Source of the DNA: Prevotella sp.
GTDB taxonomy: Bacteria > Bacteroidota > Bacteroidia > Bacteroidales > Bacteroidaceae
Direction of reading: 5' to 3'
Assembly (NCBI GenBank): GCA_022641735.1
Contig: JALCDQ010000004.1
Span: 120,192 to 184,191 of the forward strand
DNA length: 64,000 nucleotides
A program made the translations under genes and the position numbers. Under the pieces are notes generated by a model. The model did not search any database and was not told the origin of the DNA. It worked only from the letters and a program-made list of their open reading frames with translations. Positions 1 to 10,499 of this stretch are shown here, piece by piece (position 1 is the stretch's first letter; each line of letters starts with the position of its first letter).

Positions 1-2
1 AA

Positions 3-431
3 ATAACTATCCTTGGAAGCGAGTTTAAGAGTAAGTTGGAGCTTCAACTGGCTCCTGCCATAAAAGCCGGTTTCCCCAGCCCTGCCGATGATTACAGGCA
101 TGACTCTCTAGACTTCAATCGGGACCTCATCAAACATCCCGAATCTACTTTCTATGGGAAAGTAGCCGGGGATTCCATGATTGATGCCGGGATATCCGAT
201 GGTGACATCGCCGTCATCGACCGTTCCGCAGAAGCAGTCAATGGAGATGTCGTCGTGGCGTATGTCAATGAGGAATTCACCATCAAATATCTGGACACTA
301 CTCATCAAGAGGAAGGCTACATTGAACTGAAGCCTGCCAATGACAAATATGAGTCTATCAGGATAGATGCTTTGGATGAGTTTGAGGTTTGGGGCGTCGT
401 TGTTTGGACGATAAAGAACTGGAAGAAGTAA
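3..431 (+). CDS. umuD: UmuD-like S24 autopeptidase (Pol V accessory subunit), 5' end outside window
   Basis: Has the AGFPSPA cleavage site, GDSM catalytic Ser and FTIK Lys. The frame is open from base 3 (ITILGSEFKSKL...), so the TTG at 36 is probably not the true start. Directly upstream of umuC. Confidence 0.92.
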   Translation: MTILGSEFKSKLELQLAPAIKAGFPSPADDYRHDSLDFNRDLIKHPESTFYGKVAGDSMIDAGISDGDIAVIDRSAEAVNGDVVVAYVNEEFTIKYLDTTHQEEGYIELKPANDKYESIRIDALDEFEVWGVVVWTIKNWKK

Positions 432-434
432 GCC

Positions 435-1724
435 ATGTATTATGCCATCGTAGACTGTGACAATTGTTATGTCAGCTGTGAAAGGGTTTTCCGGCCTGAT
501 TTGAAAGACAAGCCCGTTGTTGTCTTAAGCAACAATGACGGATGTGTCGTTGCCAGAAGCAATGAGGCTAAGAAACTCGGCATCAAGGCGGGACTCCCCT
601 TTTATCAGTTGGCAGGACTGTTCCCCGATACGAAGATAGCTGTCTTCAGCAGTAATTATGAGCTTTACGGCGATATCACGGGAAGGGTGATGGCAATCAT
701 CAGGGATGCCGCTCCTGAATATTTCAGATATTCCATCGACGAGGCTTTCTGTGTCCTTGACGGAATGGACCATCTGGACTTAAAGAAATGGGGCGAAGAG
801 CTGCATAAGAAAATTCTCAAGTGTACGGGCATGCCTGTCAGCATAGGGATAGCGAGGACCAAGACGCTTGCCAAGATGGCTAGCCATTTCGCAAAACATT
901 ATCCGGGATACAGGCATTGCTGCATCATAGATTCCGAGGATAGAAGAAGGAAGGCTCTGAAACTGTATCCAATAGAGGATGTATGGGGAATAGGCTGGAG
1001 ATATGCTGCCCGACTTTCTGCCAAGGGTGATAAGACTGCCTCTGACTTTGCTGCCCATACGAAAGAATGGGTCAGGGCTTCTTTCAACATCGTAGCCACA
1101 AGGACCTGGATGGAACTCAACGGAGAGGATTGCATCCCGAATGAGGAGATGGCCAAGAAGAAAAGCATCTGCACCAGCCGCAGCTTCAACGGGATGGTGA
1201 AGGATATGGAAACGCTGAAGACTCACGTAGCCAACTTTGCCGCAAGATGCTCTGAAAAGCTGAGACAGCAGGACAGTGTCGCTTCGGTGGTTGGGGTCTT
1301 CATTGATACCAACCGTTTCAGAGAGGACCTGATGCAATATTCAAAATTCCAAGACATCAGGTTGCTGACTCCTTCCAATTCCACGCAATCCATCGTACAG
1401 GCAGCTTCTAAATGCTTGGAAATAATCTACAAAGAAGACTTCCAATATAAGAGAGCAGGTGTCATTGTCATGGGAATCAGTCCGACAAATGGAATACAGA
1501 CTGATTTTGCGGATTATGATGCGGAGAGATTCGAGAAAATAAAACGTCTAGACACCATTATTGACAAGATAAACAAGATTGACGGAACGGAGACTATTGT
1601 CCTTGGGTCTCAACAATATACGGCTAAAGACGGGAAATCCATAGTCTTTTCCGATGCCATAAAACATGATTTCAAGAGTAAAAATCCCACAACCAGGTGG
1701 AGCGACATTATTGTATTGAAATAA
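435..1724 (+). CDS. umuC: Y-family error-prone DNA polymerase V subunit
   Basis: Motifs VDCDNCYVSCER, VVLSNNDGCVVARS, SSNYELY, YSIDEAF, VWGIG, KKSICTSRSF and C-terminal PTTRWSD. Starts 3 bp after umuD. Confidence 0.95.
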   Translation: MYYAIVDCDNCYVSCERVFRPDLKDKPVVVLSNNDGCVVARSNEAKKLGIKAGLPFYQLAGLFPDTKIAVFSSNYELYGDITGRVMAIIRDAAPEYFRYSIDEAFCVLDGMDHLDLKKWGEELHKKILKCTGMPVSIGIARTKTLAKMASHFAKHYPGYRHCCIIDSEDRRRKALKLYPIEDVWGIGWRYAARLSAKGDKTASDFAAHTKEWVRASFNIVATRTWMELNGEDCIPNEEMAKKKSICTSRSFNGMVKDMETLKTHVANFAARCSEKLRQQDSVASVVGVFIDTNRFREDLMQYSKFQDIRLLTPSNSTQSIVQAASKCLEIIYKEDFQYKRAGVIVMGISPTNGIQTDFADYDAERFEKIKRLDTIIDKINKIDGTETIVLGSQQYTAKDGKSIVFSDAIKHDFKSKNPTTRWSDIIVLK

Positions 1725-1928
1725 TAAAAGAGATTCATCCAGCGAAAGAACTGATTTAACTGAATATGGCTGGATGCTCTATGTGTTTATTAATTACACC
1801 CATTGTTGTTTTTATATCTTGGGATATTTCGTGTTTTAAATTATATATAGAACTTCCCATAATGATTAATCAATCCCATTACAGCAATGGAATATGGCAT
1901 AGGTGTATGTAAATATTGTCTAGGAAGG

Positions 1929-1962
1929 CTTGTATCTTTAGAATGAAAATGCTATCTTTGCA
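1929..1962 (+). promoter_or_regulatory. Bacteroidetes sigma-A type promoter for anSME-sulfatase
   Basis: TATCTTTGCA (-7 box, TAnnTTTG) at 1953-1962 with CTTG about 20 bp upstream. Confidence 0.55.
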
Positions 1963-2053
1963 AAGACTTTAAATTTAATGGTAAGCCTGTCTAATAATAG
2001 AGAGCACAATAAGAAGGCTTCACCAAACATAAAGAATATTCATTAAAAAATAA

Positions 2054-3319
2054 ATGATGGCTACTATATCACCTTTCTCACATCCATTGTATGTCATGCT
2101 AAAACCAGCAGGAGCACATTGCAATCTCGCATGTGAGTATTGTTATTATCTGGAAAAATCAAAACTATATCCTGACTGTTCCAATCAAATGATGAGTGAT
2201 GAGTTGTTAGAAAGATTCACCCAAGAGTTCATTGAAGCCCAGACCATGAATCAAGTGATGTTTCAATGGCATGGCGGTGAGCCATTGATGCGACCACTGG
2301 CATTCTACAAACGTGCCTTGGAATTACAGAAGATATATGCTCATGGCCGACAAATAGACAACGCTCTGCAGACTAATGGAACATTGCTCACTGATGAATG
2401 GTGCCAGTTTCTCCATGATAATAATTTTCTTGTTGGTGTGTCTATCGATGGGCCTCAGGAGTTTCACGATGAGTTTCGACGTTCACGTTCCGGTAAACCC
2501 TCATGGACAAAAGTCATGCATGGCATTGAGCTGCTAAATAAATATGATGTTCAGTGGAATGCCATGGCTGTCGTTAATGAGTTTAATGCCGACTATCCCA
2601 TAGAGTTTTATAACTTCTTCAAGAAAATTGGTGCCCATTATATTCAGTTTACTCCAATCGTGGAAAGACTGGCGCATTATGAGAGCAATGCCAGCGACAA
2701 GGAAATTGAGAATGAGCCTTTTGCTGCCACACGTCATTTGGCAAATATGCTTAATCAAGATGCTCCCATAGCTGATTTCTCCGTCTCTCCCGAACAATGG
2801 GGGAATTTCCTTTGCAGTCTGTTTGATGAATGGATTAAAAATGATGTTGGCGAATATTATATCCAGATTTTTGATGCCACGTTAGCTAACTGGGTTGGAG
2901 AAGAGCCCGGAGTCTGTACAATGGGCAAACGGTGTGGGCATGCTGCCTGTATAGAATTTAACGGTGACGTCTATTCTTGTGACCATTTTGTCTTCCCGGA
3001 ATTCAGACTGGGAAACATTCCTGAGCACACATTGGTGGAAATGCTTTATAGCGAACGTCAAAAGGATTTTGGAGACATCAAACAACGCTTGCCTAAACAA
3101 TGTCACGAATGCAAATGGCTTTTCGCCTGCAATGGAGAATGTCCGAAAAATCGTTTTGCAAAAACCTCAGATGGCGAGAATGGTCTCAATTATCTTTGCA
3201 GTGGTTATCAAAAATACTTTGCCCATGTTGCGCCTTATATGGATTTCATGAAAAAAGAATATATGAACCAACGTCCGCCTGCCAATGTCATGGAAGCGAT
3301 AAGAAAGAAATTGATTTAA
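2054..3319 (+). CDS. Anaerobic sulfatase-maturating radical SAM/SPASM enzyme (anSME)
   Basis: CNLACEYCYY radical SAM motif, WHGGEP, SIDGP, VYSCDHFV and C-terminal CxxC...CxGECPKNRF SPASM cysteines. Adjacent to a sulfatase. Confidence 0.95.
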   Translation: MMATISPFSHPLYVMLKPAGAHCNLACEYCYYLEKSKLYPDCSNQMMSDELLERFTQEFIEAQTMNQVMFQWHGGEPLMRPLAFYKRALELQKIYAHGRQIDNALQTNGTLLTDEWCQFLHDNNFLVGVSIDGPQEFHDEFRRSRSGKPSWTKVMHGIELLNKYDVQWNAMAVVNEFNADYPIEFYNFFKKIGAHYIQFTPIVERLAHYESNASDKEIENEPFAATRHLANMLNQDAPIADFSVSPEQWGNFLCSLFDEWIKNDVGEYYIQIFDATLANWVGEEPGVCTMGKRCGHAACIEFNGDVYSCDHFVFPEFRLGNIPEHTLVEMLYSERQKDFGDIKQRLPKQCHECKWLFACNGECPKNRFAKTSDGENGLNYLCSGYQKYFAHVAPYMDFMKKEYMNQRPPANVMEAIRKKLI

Positions 3320-3432
3320 TCTTTCTGTCTGAGTCTCATACAGTCATCAGATGCCCTTCGTTGAGTACATATTCAATAGATTTCATAAAGAATTGCAGTT
3401 AGTTCTTTGAAAATATATATATAGTTCAAATT

Positions 3433-4968
3433 ATGCAAAATAAAACATTATCCTTCATAGCAACAGGGTTGGCGGTCATGGTCCCAACAGCATCATATTC
3501 AAAGAATGCCAACCCAATTAAAAAGCCTAACATCCTATATATCATGTGTGATGATATGGGCTACGGGGATTTGGGTTGTTATGGCCAGCCCTACATCAGT
3601 ACACCAAATATCGATAAATTGGCCACAGAAGGGATGCTCTTCACTCAAGCTTATGCAGGCAGTCCCGTCAGTGCTCCTTCAAGAGCATCCTTGATGACTG
3701 GTCAGCACACTGGTCACGGAGAAGTCAGAGGAAACAAAGAATACTGGATAAATGCCCCAATTGTAATGTATGGTAGCAACAAGGATTTTGCTGTTGTCGG
3801 TCAGCATCCTTACGATCCAGGGCATATCATCCTACCTGAAATAATGAAAGATAATGGATATAGCACGGCAATGTTCGGGAAATGGGCTGGCGGCTACGAA
3901 GGGTCTGTATCCACACCTGACAAACGTGGTATTGATGAATTCTACGGTTATATCTGCCAATTTCAAGCACATCTCTATTACCCTAATTTCCTGAATCGCT
4001 ACAGTAAATCTGCCGGTGATACGGGAGTAGTGCGTGTCGTTTTGAAGGATAATATCAAATATCCGATGTTCGGGAAGGACTATTTCAAACGCAGCCAATA
4101 TTCAGCAGACCTTATCCATCGGGAGGCTATGAAATGGCTTGATAAGCAAGATGGGAAACATCCTTTCTTCGGAATCTTCACCTATACGCTGCCCCATGCA
4201 GAACTAGCCCAACCCGAAGACTCTATCCTTTTAGGATACGAGAAGAAATTCTTTGTAGATAAAACTTGGGGAGGCAGTGAAGGCTCTAGGTATAATTCCG
4301 TCGTACACACCCATGCTCAATTTGCCGGGATGATAACAAGGTTGGACACTTACGTAGGCGAAATTATGAAAGAGTTGAAAAAGAAAGGGCTGGATAATAA
4401 CACCATCGTCATTTTCACCAGTGACAATGGGCCTCACGAGGAAGGAGGCGCCGACCCCACATTTTTTGGTAGAGATGGCAAACTTAGAGGCCTAAAACGC
4501 CAATGCTATGAAGGTGGCATCCGAATTCCTTTTATTGTTCGGTGGCCAGAGCATGTGAAAGCTCATTCTGTTAATGACCATCAGTTAGCCTTTTATGACA
4601 TCATGCCCACTTTCTGCGATTTAATAGGGGTAAAGAATTATATATCGAAATACGCCAATCGCAAGAAAGCAATCGATTATTTTGACGGTATCTCATTTGC
4701 ACCAACTTTATTGGGACAACCAAATCAAAAAGAACATGAGTATCTCTATTGGGAGTTTCATGAGACCGACCAAATTGGTGTTCGTATGGGAGATTGGAAA
4801 CTGGTCGTAATAAAAGGCATTCCGCATTTATACAATCTATCGACCGATTTGCATGAAGACCATGATATTTCAGCCGAACAACCTGATATAGTGAAGAAAA
4901 TGATTGGAATAATTAAAAGTCAACATATACCCAGTCCCTATTTTAAAGTTACTTTACCTAAAGATTGA
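3433..4968 (+). CDS. S1-family arylsulfatase, Ser-type, secreted
   Basis: Signal peptide, PNILYIMCDDMG, SAPSRASLMTG (Ser at the formylglycine position), GKW, FTSDNGP and YEGGIRIP. Confidence 0.93.
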   Translation: MQNKTLSFIATGLAVMVPTASYSKNANPIKKPNILYIMCDDMGYGDLGCYGQPYISTPNIDKLATEGMLFTQAYAGSPVSAPSRASLMTGQHTGHGEVRGNKEYWINAPIVMYGSNKDFAVVGQHPYDPGHIILPEIMKDNGYSTAMFGKWAGGYEGSVSTPDKRGIDEFYGYICQFQAHLYYPNFLNRYSKSAGDTGVVRVVLKDNIKYPMFGKDYFKRSQYSADLIHREAMKWLDKQDGKHPFFGIFTYTLPHAELAQPEDSILLGYEKKFFVDKTWGGSEGSRYNSVVHTHAQFAGMITRLDTYVGEIMKELKKKGLDNNTIVIFTSDNGPHEEGGADPTFFGRDGKLRGLKRQCYEGGIRIPFIVRWPEHVKAHSVNDHQLAFYDIMPTFCDLIGVKNYISKYANRKKAIDYFDGISFAPTLLGQPNQKEHEYLYWEFHETDQIGVRMGDWKLVVIKGIPHLYNLSTDLHEDHDISAEQPDIVKKMIGIIKSQHIPSPYFKVTLPKD

Positions 4969-5017
4969 ATTCAAAAGACTTTTATGGCAGGGTCATGTGA
5001 CTAAGATAACTTCAATT

Positions 5018-5530
5018 CATCCGACAAATGAACCTTATTAGTTCAATATATCAGATTAACTTTATGCAAAACCGATAGCTGTTTTTGCATAATTATGCAA
5101 ATCGAATCTGAGCCTCTGAAAAAGGCAGGGCTTCATATAGTGAACCTTTAAAAATAAAATCGCTTATATCGCCCGAAAAGGGCCTTTTTGGCGAGGTCGG
5201 TTTTTGAAAAAATCTGATTTTGATGTAAAAAGCCACTTTTGACCTTGCAAAAAGCATCTAATTACCTTGTAAAAGGTGGCTTTTGACCCTCTAAACAACG
5301 ATTAATAGCCTCCACGTTAGGCCTAATGAGCGCCTCGTTTGGCCAAACGTGCCTATACAAATGGCCAAATGTCCAATGCCGAAGAACGTTTTTGCATACT
5401 TCATCAGTAACTTGCATAAATCTTGCAAGTCGTTTTAAGTTAATTTATTAACAATTAATTAGATTGCCATTGATGGTTTGCGCCTTGTCAATCACTTACA
5501 TAATAGCCACATAGATATAGAACCGCTACC
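5018..5530. repeat. Dispersed non-coding element A, most complete copy, with internal 22-bp periodic units
   Basis: Aligns by eye with 8161-8439, 12419-12584 and 59921-60030. The 22-bp units are at 5232-5297. Confidence 0.8.
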
Positions 5531-5575
5531 CGTTGGTGGAATTAAATATACACTAATTTAATTCCACCAATGGGT
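5528..5575. terminator. 20-bp stem hairpin between convergent sulfatase and DUF5703 genes
   Basis: ACCCGTTGGTGGAATTAAAT (5528-5547) pairs with ATTTAATTCCACCAATGGGT (5556-5575), one mismatch. Confidence 0.7.
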
Positions 5576-5613
5576 TAAATGAATATGTCTAATTTTAAGG
5601 TGTATTATGATTC

Positions 5614-7878
5614 TTACATAATTACATCAGCACTTCTTGAACTTGGAGTTACCTTTAATTCCGTAATCTTGCCATTTTCAACATGTCCCTCTACAATAGT
5701 CTGATAGGGAGCATGCAACTTAAAATCGGCATTCCAATCTTTTGGCCAGGCAGGAATCAATCGAATCTGCTTACCACTACATTGCATCATCATAAGTTGA
5801 AGAGTCGTCATAGCGCTTCCTCCATTATCCATATCCGGGCAATAGTCACTATGAGCAGCCCAGAACCATGGAAATCGTTGTGTCCCATAAGCTGTAAAAG
5901 CGTTGATGACGGCTTTCTTTGCTTCATCGACCATCCCTAACAAGGCTGACTCCTGACCATCTTGTCCCCAGCAGACACTATAATGATAGAGCCGCGCATT
6001 ATACGTATCTTTCGCCAATTGAAGATTAGGCTTTCCTAAGCAGAAAAGACGATAAGGAAAGACCGTATAGAGTTCCGGATTTTCTGCATTTCTTGCCTCT
6101 CCATAACGTTCTGCCGGCAAAAGCATAGGTGTCCCGGAAAGTTCTCCTTTTCCTAAAGGAGGCAACTTCCCGTCTTTCGTTGTCCCCATCGGAAGTTCGG
6201 GAAGGGCCTTTTCCTCTTGCGCCCATTTCAGGCGTTGCTTGTCTGTTATAAGGGAAGAAGGCAGAGCTTGCAACCGGCTTAACACCACCATTAAGCCGGC
6301 AATGTCAGGTGTCGGATTCACAGCATTTTCCTGATAAGTCTCAATAGACTGTGCAGGATACATGCGGATTTTTCCATGAATATCACGGGGCCAATGCTCC
6401 GCATAATATGTAACTATCGCATCGGCAAATGGAATGAGAGAAGTCTTTGCAAAAGCCACATCTTGGGTATTATCGAAATAATCGAGCATCTGAGCAGCCA
6501 CCTCAAGCCCTCCTTGGATATGATAGCGCATATAGGGGCTTTGCGGGTCGAAATTTGGATTATTCATTCCGAAATCATTGAAATTAGGAAGTCCCCAAAA
6601 ATACATCGTCTCAATGAATGAAGCTCCGTCATGCTTAAAATAAAGTCGTGTCCTATCCTTAGCTAAAGGAAGTGCCTTTGTATACATGTTAAACCATGGC
6701 AAGAGCAAGTCATAGTCACCAGAAGCTATCATCGGCCAATAGATATGGCGGACGTTCTGATTCCAATAACATGCTCCCCAAGTCCGATAATCAGGATTGT
6801 GGTATTTGCTATTGGCAATGGAGTCGAGAGGTACGTCACGGCCGACTGTAAAGAGCGAGCCATTAAACTTTATCGGGAATGCGCCTCTGCCGGCACAAGC
6901 AATCATAAACCTCATGATAGCATAACTTTGAGAGACCTTTTCAGCCTCTGATGTTCCCGTGACATCTATCCAACTGCGACTCCAAAACTCAGTCCACCAC
7001 TTGATGTGCTCTGCCCAAGCTCTGGTCTCACTTGTCTTTTTCGTATTTCTTATCAACAACTCAGCATCTTTCTGCCAGTTGTCAGGATTGCTTGTTTGTT
7101 CCGTAAAAGCATAAACATTGATTTGCTGGCTCATTACAGACTTTTCAGACTGAAGACAGAGATTACCCTTGCTGACAAAATTATCAGCTCTCACGATGAC
7201 ACCTGAACAACGATGAAACAAAGGGTCTGGATATTTATTCAGCAGAGATTCCAGATGCTCGCATTTTAAGACATCCGGATATATGCTGCGCCCGTTAAAA
7301 TGGCACCATGCCATTTCTCCTTTCTTTGAGGAAAATACTGTATCTGCATCAAAGACGGCATCCGTAGTCTTTTCAAAGAAGCCCTGAGCTTGCAATTGCT
7401 TGTCATTCAAGTGATATCTCTGGTTGCGCCATATCTCAGAATTGATTTTCACTTTCGTTGGAAAATCGGTATTCAACTTTATTCTCATCACTGGATGATT
7501 GGCATCTATCCAAATTCTGACAAGGGTGTTTCCTTCGGATATTTCAATGGATCCGTTTTCCAACTTTAACTGCTGGGCAAACGGTTTGGCGTTCTTGAAA
7601 GGATTGGGGCTTAAGTTGATGCGAACCCTGCCTAATTTCAGCAATTGACCCTTTTCACTCCATGAATCTGTCTTTGCGAGAAGTATGACAATATCACCAT
7701 TCTGTTCCGTCCAAACATTTGCTGCAATATCACCATTGCCTAATGGCATAGAGCTGTTTTCATCTACTCCAAGGGTATGCCAGACAACATCATATCTTGA
7801 GATTGGCTTCTCTTTAGCTGTCAAAACGTTTGCAAATAACGTAATGAACATTACTATGAATATTACATTCTTTTTCAT
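5614..7878 (-). CDS. DUF5703 / GH95-like putative glycoside hydrolase, secreted
   Basis: Signal peptide, N-terminal SMPLGNGDIAANVW, IKFNGSLF, ENPELYTVFPY and C-terminal RLIPAWPKDWNADFKLHAP typical of GH95-like folds. Confidence 0.7.
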   Translation of the reverse strand: MKKNVIFIVMFITLFANVLTAKEKPISRYDVVWHTLGVDENSSMPLGNGDIAANVWTEQNGDIVILLAKTDSWSEKGQLLKLGRVRINLSPNPFKNAKPFAQQLKLENGSIEISEGNTLVRIWIDANHPVMRIKLNTDFPTKVKINSEIWRNQRYHLNDKQLQAQGFFEKTTDAVFDADTVFSSKKGEMAWCHFNGRSIYPDVLKCEHLESLLNKYPDPLFHRCSGVIVRADNFVSKGNLCLQSEKSVMSQQINVYAFTEQTSNPDNWQKDAELLIRNTKKTSETRAWAEHIKWWTEFWSRSWIDVTGTSEAEKVSQSYAIMRFMIACAGRGAFPIKFNGSLFTVGRDVPLDSIANSKYHNPDYRTWGACYWNQNVRHIYWPMIASGDYDLLLPWFNMYTKALPLAKDRTRLYFKHDGASFIETMYFWGLPNFNDFGMNNPNFDPQSPYMRYHIQGGLEVAAQMLDYFDNTQDVAFAKTSLIPFADAIVTYYAEHWPRDIHGKIRMYPAQSIETYQENAVNPTPDIAGLMVVLSRLQALPSSLITDKQRLKWAQEEKALPELPMGTTKDGKLPPLGKGELSGTPMLLPAERYGEARNAENPELYTVFPYRLFCLGKPNLQLAKDTYNARLYHYSVCWGQDGQESALLGMVDEAKKAVINAFTAYGTQRFPWFWAAHSDYCPDMDNGGSAMTTLQLMMMQCSGKQIRLIPAWPKDWNADFKLHAPYQTIVEGHVENGKITELKVTPSSRSADVIM

Positions 7879-8160
7879 TATACTTTCAATTTTATGTGCA
7901 AGTTTTTGATGGGTTCTTCCGTAAGTGGTTCTTCAACATGACTGCTTATCAGGCCTATCACCATCGCTATTACAATATTAACCTTTAGGCTTTCTTCTGT
8001 TACATCGATAGTATTATTGGCCAAATCTATCTGAGTACGATGCACTTACATGTTGATTGCAATCTATTGGCAACATTTGCCAAATTCCACTTACAAAGAT
8101 ACATGTTTTTGCTGACATCTGTAGGAAAATGAATAAAATTATCTTCATTTTAAAGAACTC

Positions 8161-8439
8161 CATCGGACAAAACTGTTTTGGATCAGTTTATTAGCCCTAT
8201 CTGCCTTATTTGGTTTAATATATCACACTAACTTTAAAACGGATATGAGCCTCTGCAAAAGATAAGGCTTCATATAAAATAAAGTCGTTTATATCGCACA
8301 AGAAGGCCAGCTTTTGCGAGACCCGCTTTTCAAAACCTTTGATATAATCGTCAAAAACTACTTTTGACCTTGTAAAAAGCGTTTAATTGCCTTGTAAAAG
8401 AAGGCTTTTCACCTTGTAAACAACGGCTAATGAGCCTCC
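8161..8439. repeat. Element A, left-part copy
   Basis: Colinear with 5018-5312, including 22-bp units at 8357-8422. Confidence 0.8.
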
Positions 8440-8694
8440 TATCCAGAAGAATCTGCAGATATTCTCTGTGGCCTGTTTAGCAAAAGGAGTCAGTGGTATT
8501 ATAAAAAGCTTAAAGCGATATTCACAGAAATGCAAAGCGAGAAGGTTATATTGAATTGGGTTGACTGTTACCAGGCGGGAGACCCTAGCATGGGCGGCAT
8601 TAAAATGTTTAACGAGACAAGCTCTCTGGCAGGTTTAACCAGAAAGATCTTTGCAATTTCAAAGACACAAGAATTCCATTACATGATGGCGTAA
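8440..8694 (+). pseudogene. IS3-family transposase OrfB N-terminal remnant
   Basis: Startless frame YPEESADILCGLFSKRSQWYYKKLK...VILNWVDCYQAGDPSMGGIKMF resembles the LCGLFGxSRQxYY...DPGxGGxKL start of Bacteroidetes IS3 OrfB. Stops after 84 codons. Confidence 0.65.
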
Positions 8695-8832
8695 ATATTA
8701 TTATGGCTCAAATAACTCGGGTTAGAGTAATTTGCTTAATTTTATACTGCTGTTTAGAAACAAAGTTAAGGAACCTTCACTTTCAAGTTGTTGTCCCAAG
8801 TCCTTCTCTTTAAGTTCGCGTATGAGCCCAAA
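8568..8832. repeat. Direct repeat B/C copy 1
   Basis: 8568-8759 matches 10203-10393, and 8728-8832 matches 12072-12171. Confidence 0.85.
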
Positions 8833-8898
8833 ATCAATAAGTACGCTATCTAAAACTTTAATATTTGTTGCTTCATTGGCATTCAGAATCAGATACTG

Positions 8899-9870
8899 CT
8901 AAATGAACATGATTTCCTGAGCACAAAAGAAAAAATTGCCACCTACTACATATTGAGTAGCTGTTTCCGAAAATTTATCTTGAACATTAATGTGTTCGTG
9001 GCCTGCCAGAATACCTTTCAGCAATGGCTCCTGCTTTAAGTAATCGATAAACTCTTTTGTTGTGGAATCAGTTTGCTGTTTGAGATAATCATCTACAGGC
9101 TTGATTTTTTCTCCAAGTATTTGCTTTTTGCCGTTCCCCCAGTAGCGTTGGGTGGCCCGCCATATATCGTCGGTATAAAATGGGACATGCATGCATAGTA
9201 TAATAGGTAAACCCCGTTTTATTTCCTTTTTAAAGAGTTCCGTCTGTCGCCGAGTGACAGTGCCATATACATCGTCGAGTCCTATAAAGTTGACGCCATT
9301 GACCACTTGTGAATGAAAACTGATATCAAAAGGAAATACTTTTGAAAGGACATCATGACTTTGCTCCTTATAAGCTTCCGTAAAGCCTTCCTTCGGCTCA
9401 CTCAGCCACATATCAGAAGAGAATTCGTGGTTGCCCATAGTACCAAATATATTAGTACCGAAGTATTTCTTCACTAAATCAAAATTTTCTTCGCTTTGCC
9501 AGTCTATCAAATCTCCCGTATGTACGATGTAGTCGACATGACTTTTAGCCCATTGCAGAGAATCTCTAAGAGCCTCTTCTTGACGACCGCCGAATGTCAT
9601 GGTTCGAGAATTCTTCAACGTTTGCTTCTTTTCATTTTCATAAGGATAGGCTTCAGAAAGATGAGTGTCAGAAATGTGCATAATGGAGAATGGCTTCTGT
9701 AAACCGATATGGATAGTGGCATACCCAACCGATAAACGTTCAAAGCAACCTCGTTTAGAAAAAGCCGATGTTTTATCTTTAGCAAAGGTAGGTAAGGATG
9801 CTGTTGACAGCAATACACCTACTGCCGCCAGCCTTTTCATAAAACTTCTTCTGCTAATCTGATTTTCCAT
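8899..9870 (-). CDS. Calcineurin-like metallophosphoesterase with twin-arginine-type signal
   Basis: Motifs HISDTH, TGDLID, GNHE and AGHEH. Start moved to ATG 9870 (MENQISRRSFMK) because a TATCTTTGCA -7 box lies at 9910-9919. Confidence 0.85.
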   Translation of the reverse strand: MENQISRRSFMKRLAAVGVLLSTASLPTFAKDKTSAFSKRGCFERLSVGYATIHIGLQKPFSIMHISDTHLSEAYPYENEKKQTLKNSRTMTFGGRQEEALRDSLQWAKSHVDYIVHTGDLIDWQSEENFDLVKKYFGTNIFGTMGNHEFSSDMWLSEPKEGFTEAYKEQSHDVLSKVFPFDISFHSQVVNGVNFIGLDDVYGTVTRRQTELFKKEIKRGLPIILCMHVPFYTDDIWRATQRYWGNGKKQILGEKIKPVDDYLKQQTDSTTKEFIDYLKQEPLLKGILAGHEHINVQDKFSETATQYVVGGNFFFCAQEIMFI

Positions 9871-10202
9871 AAGAAATATTTTAAATCCACAAATATGCGA
9901 TCTTAATATTGCAAAGATAATGAAACTTCGATAATTACCAAAAAATATTGTAGTTAACTTCGATAATCGATAGCCTAAATCATTCAATGGGCAAAAAAAC
10001 AGTGAGACTTTTCCGATATCGGGCAATCCTGTTACATGCGTCATGTAATCACATTACTTGACCATCCTTTTGCCCATTTCCTTTTAGGAAATCCACTTCT
10101 ATTTCTTGTACATAAGTTTCGAGTGCGAAGTGACGTCAACCTACGAATGTAATGGCAGGATTCTATTAATCGCGTTTGAACGCCTTGACACCAGCGGAAA
10201 CA

Positions 10203-10393
10203 TTACCAAGCGGGAGACCCTAGCATAGGCGACGTTAAGAAGTTTAACGAAATAAGCTATCTGGCAGGTATAACCACAAAGGTCTTTGCAATTTCAAAGA
10301 CACAAGAATTCCATTACACGATGGCATAAATATTATCATTGGCCCAAATAACTCGGGTTAGAATAATTTGCTTAATTCTATACTGATTTAGAA
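10203..10393. repeat. Direct repeat B copy 2 (IS3 remnant plus downstream DNA)
   Basis: Near-identical to 8568-8759 and keeps the same frame YQAGDPS...KTQEFHYTMA*. Confidence 0.85.
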
Positions 10394-10499
10394 GCAGAGA
10401 TTCAAAGACTTCTATTTATCCTATAGTCCTTAAAGATGTTTCTGTATTATGTCTTTCTTGTTGTTTATCTTCCTTGTATCGAGACGTATGACAGATTTA

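Noticed and set aside
5232-5320. 22-bp units as a CRISPR array
   Set aside because: Degenerate abutting units with no spacers and no cas genes.
9871-10044. N-terminal 58 aa of the tracked 381-aa ORF
   Set aside because: Contains the promoter -7 box. The Tat-like signal starts at 9870.
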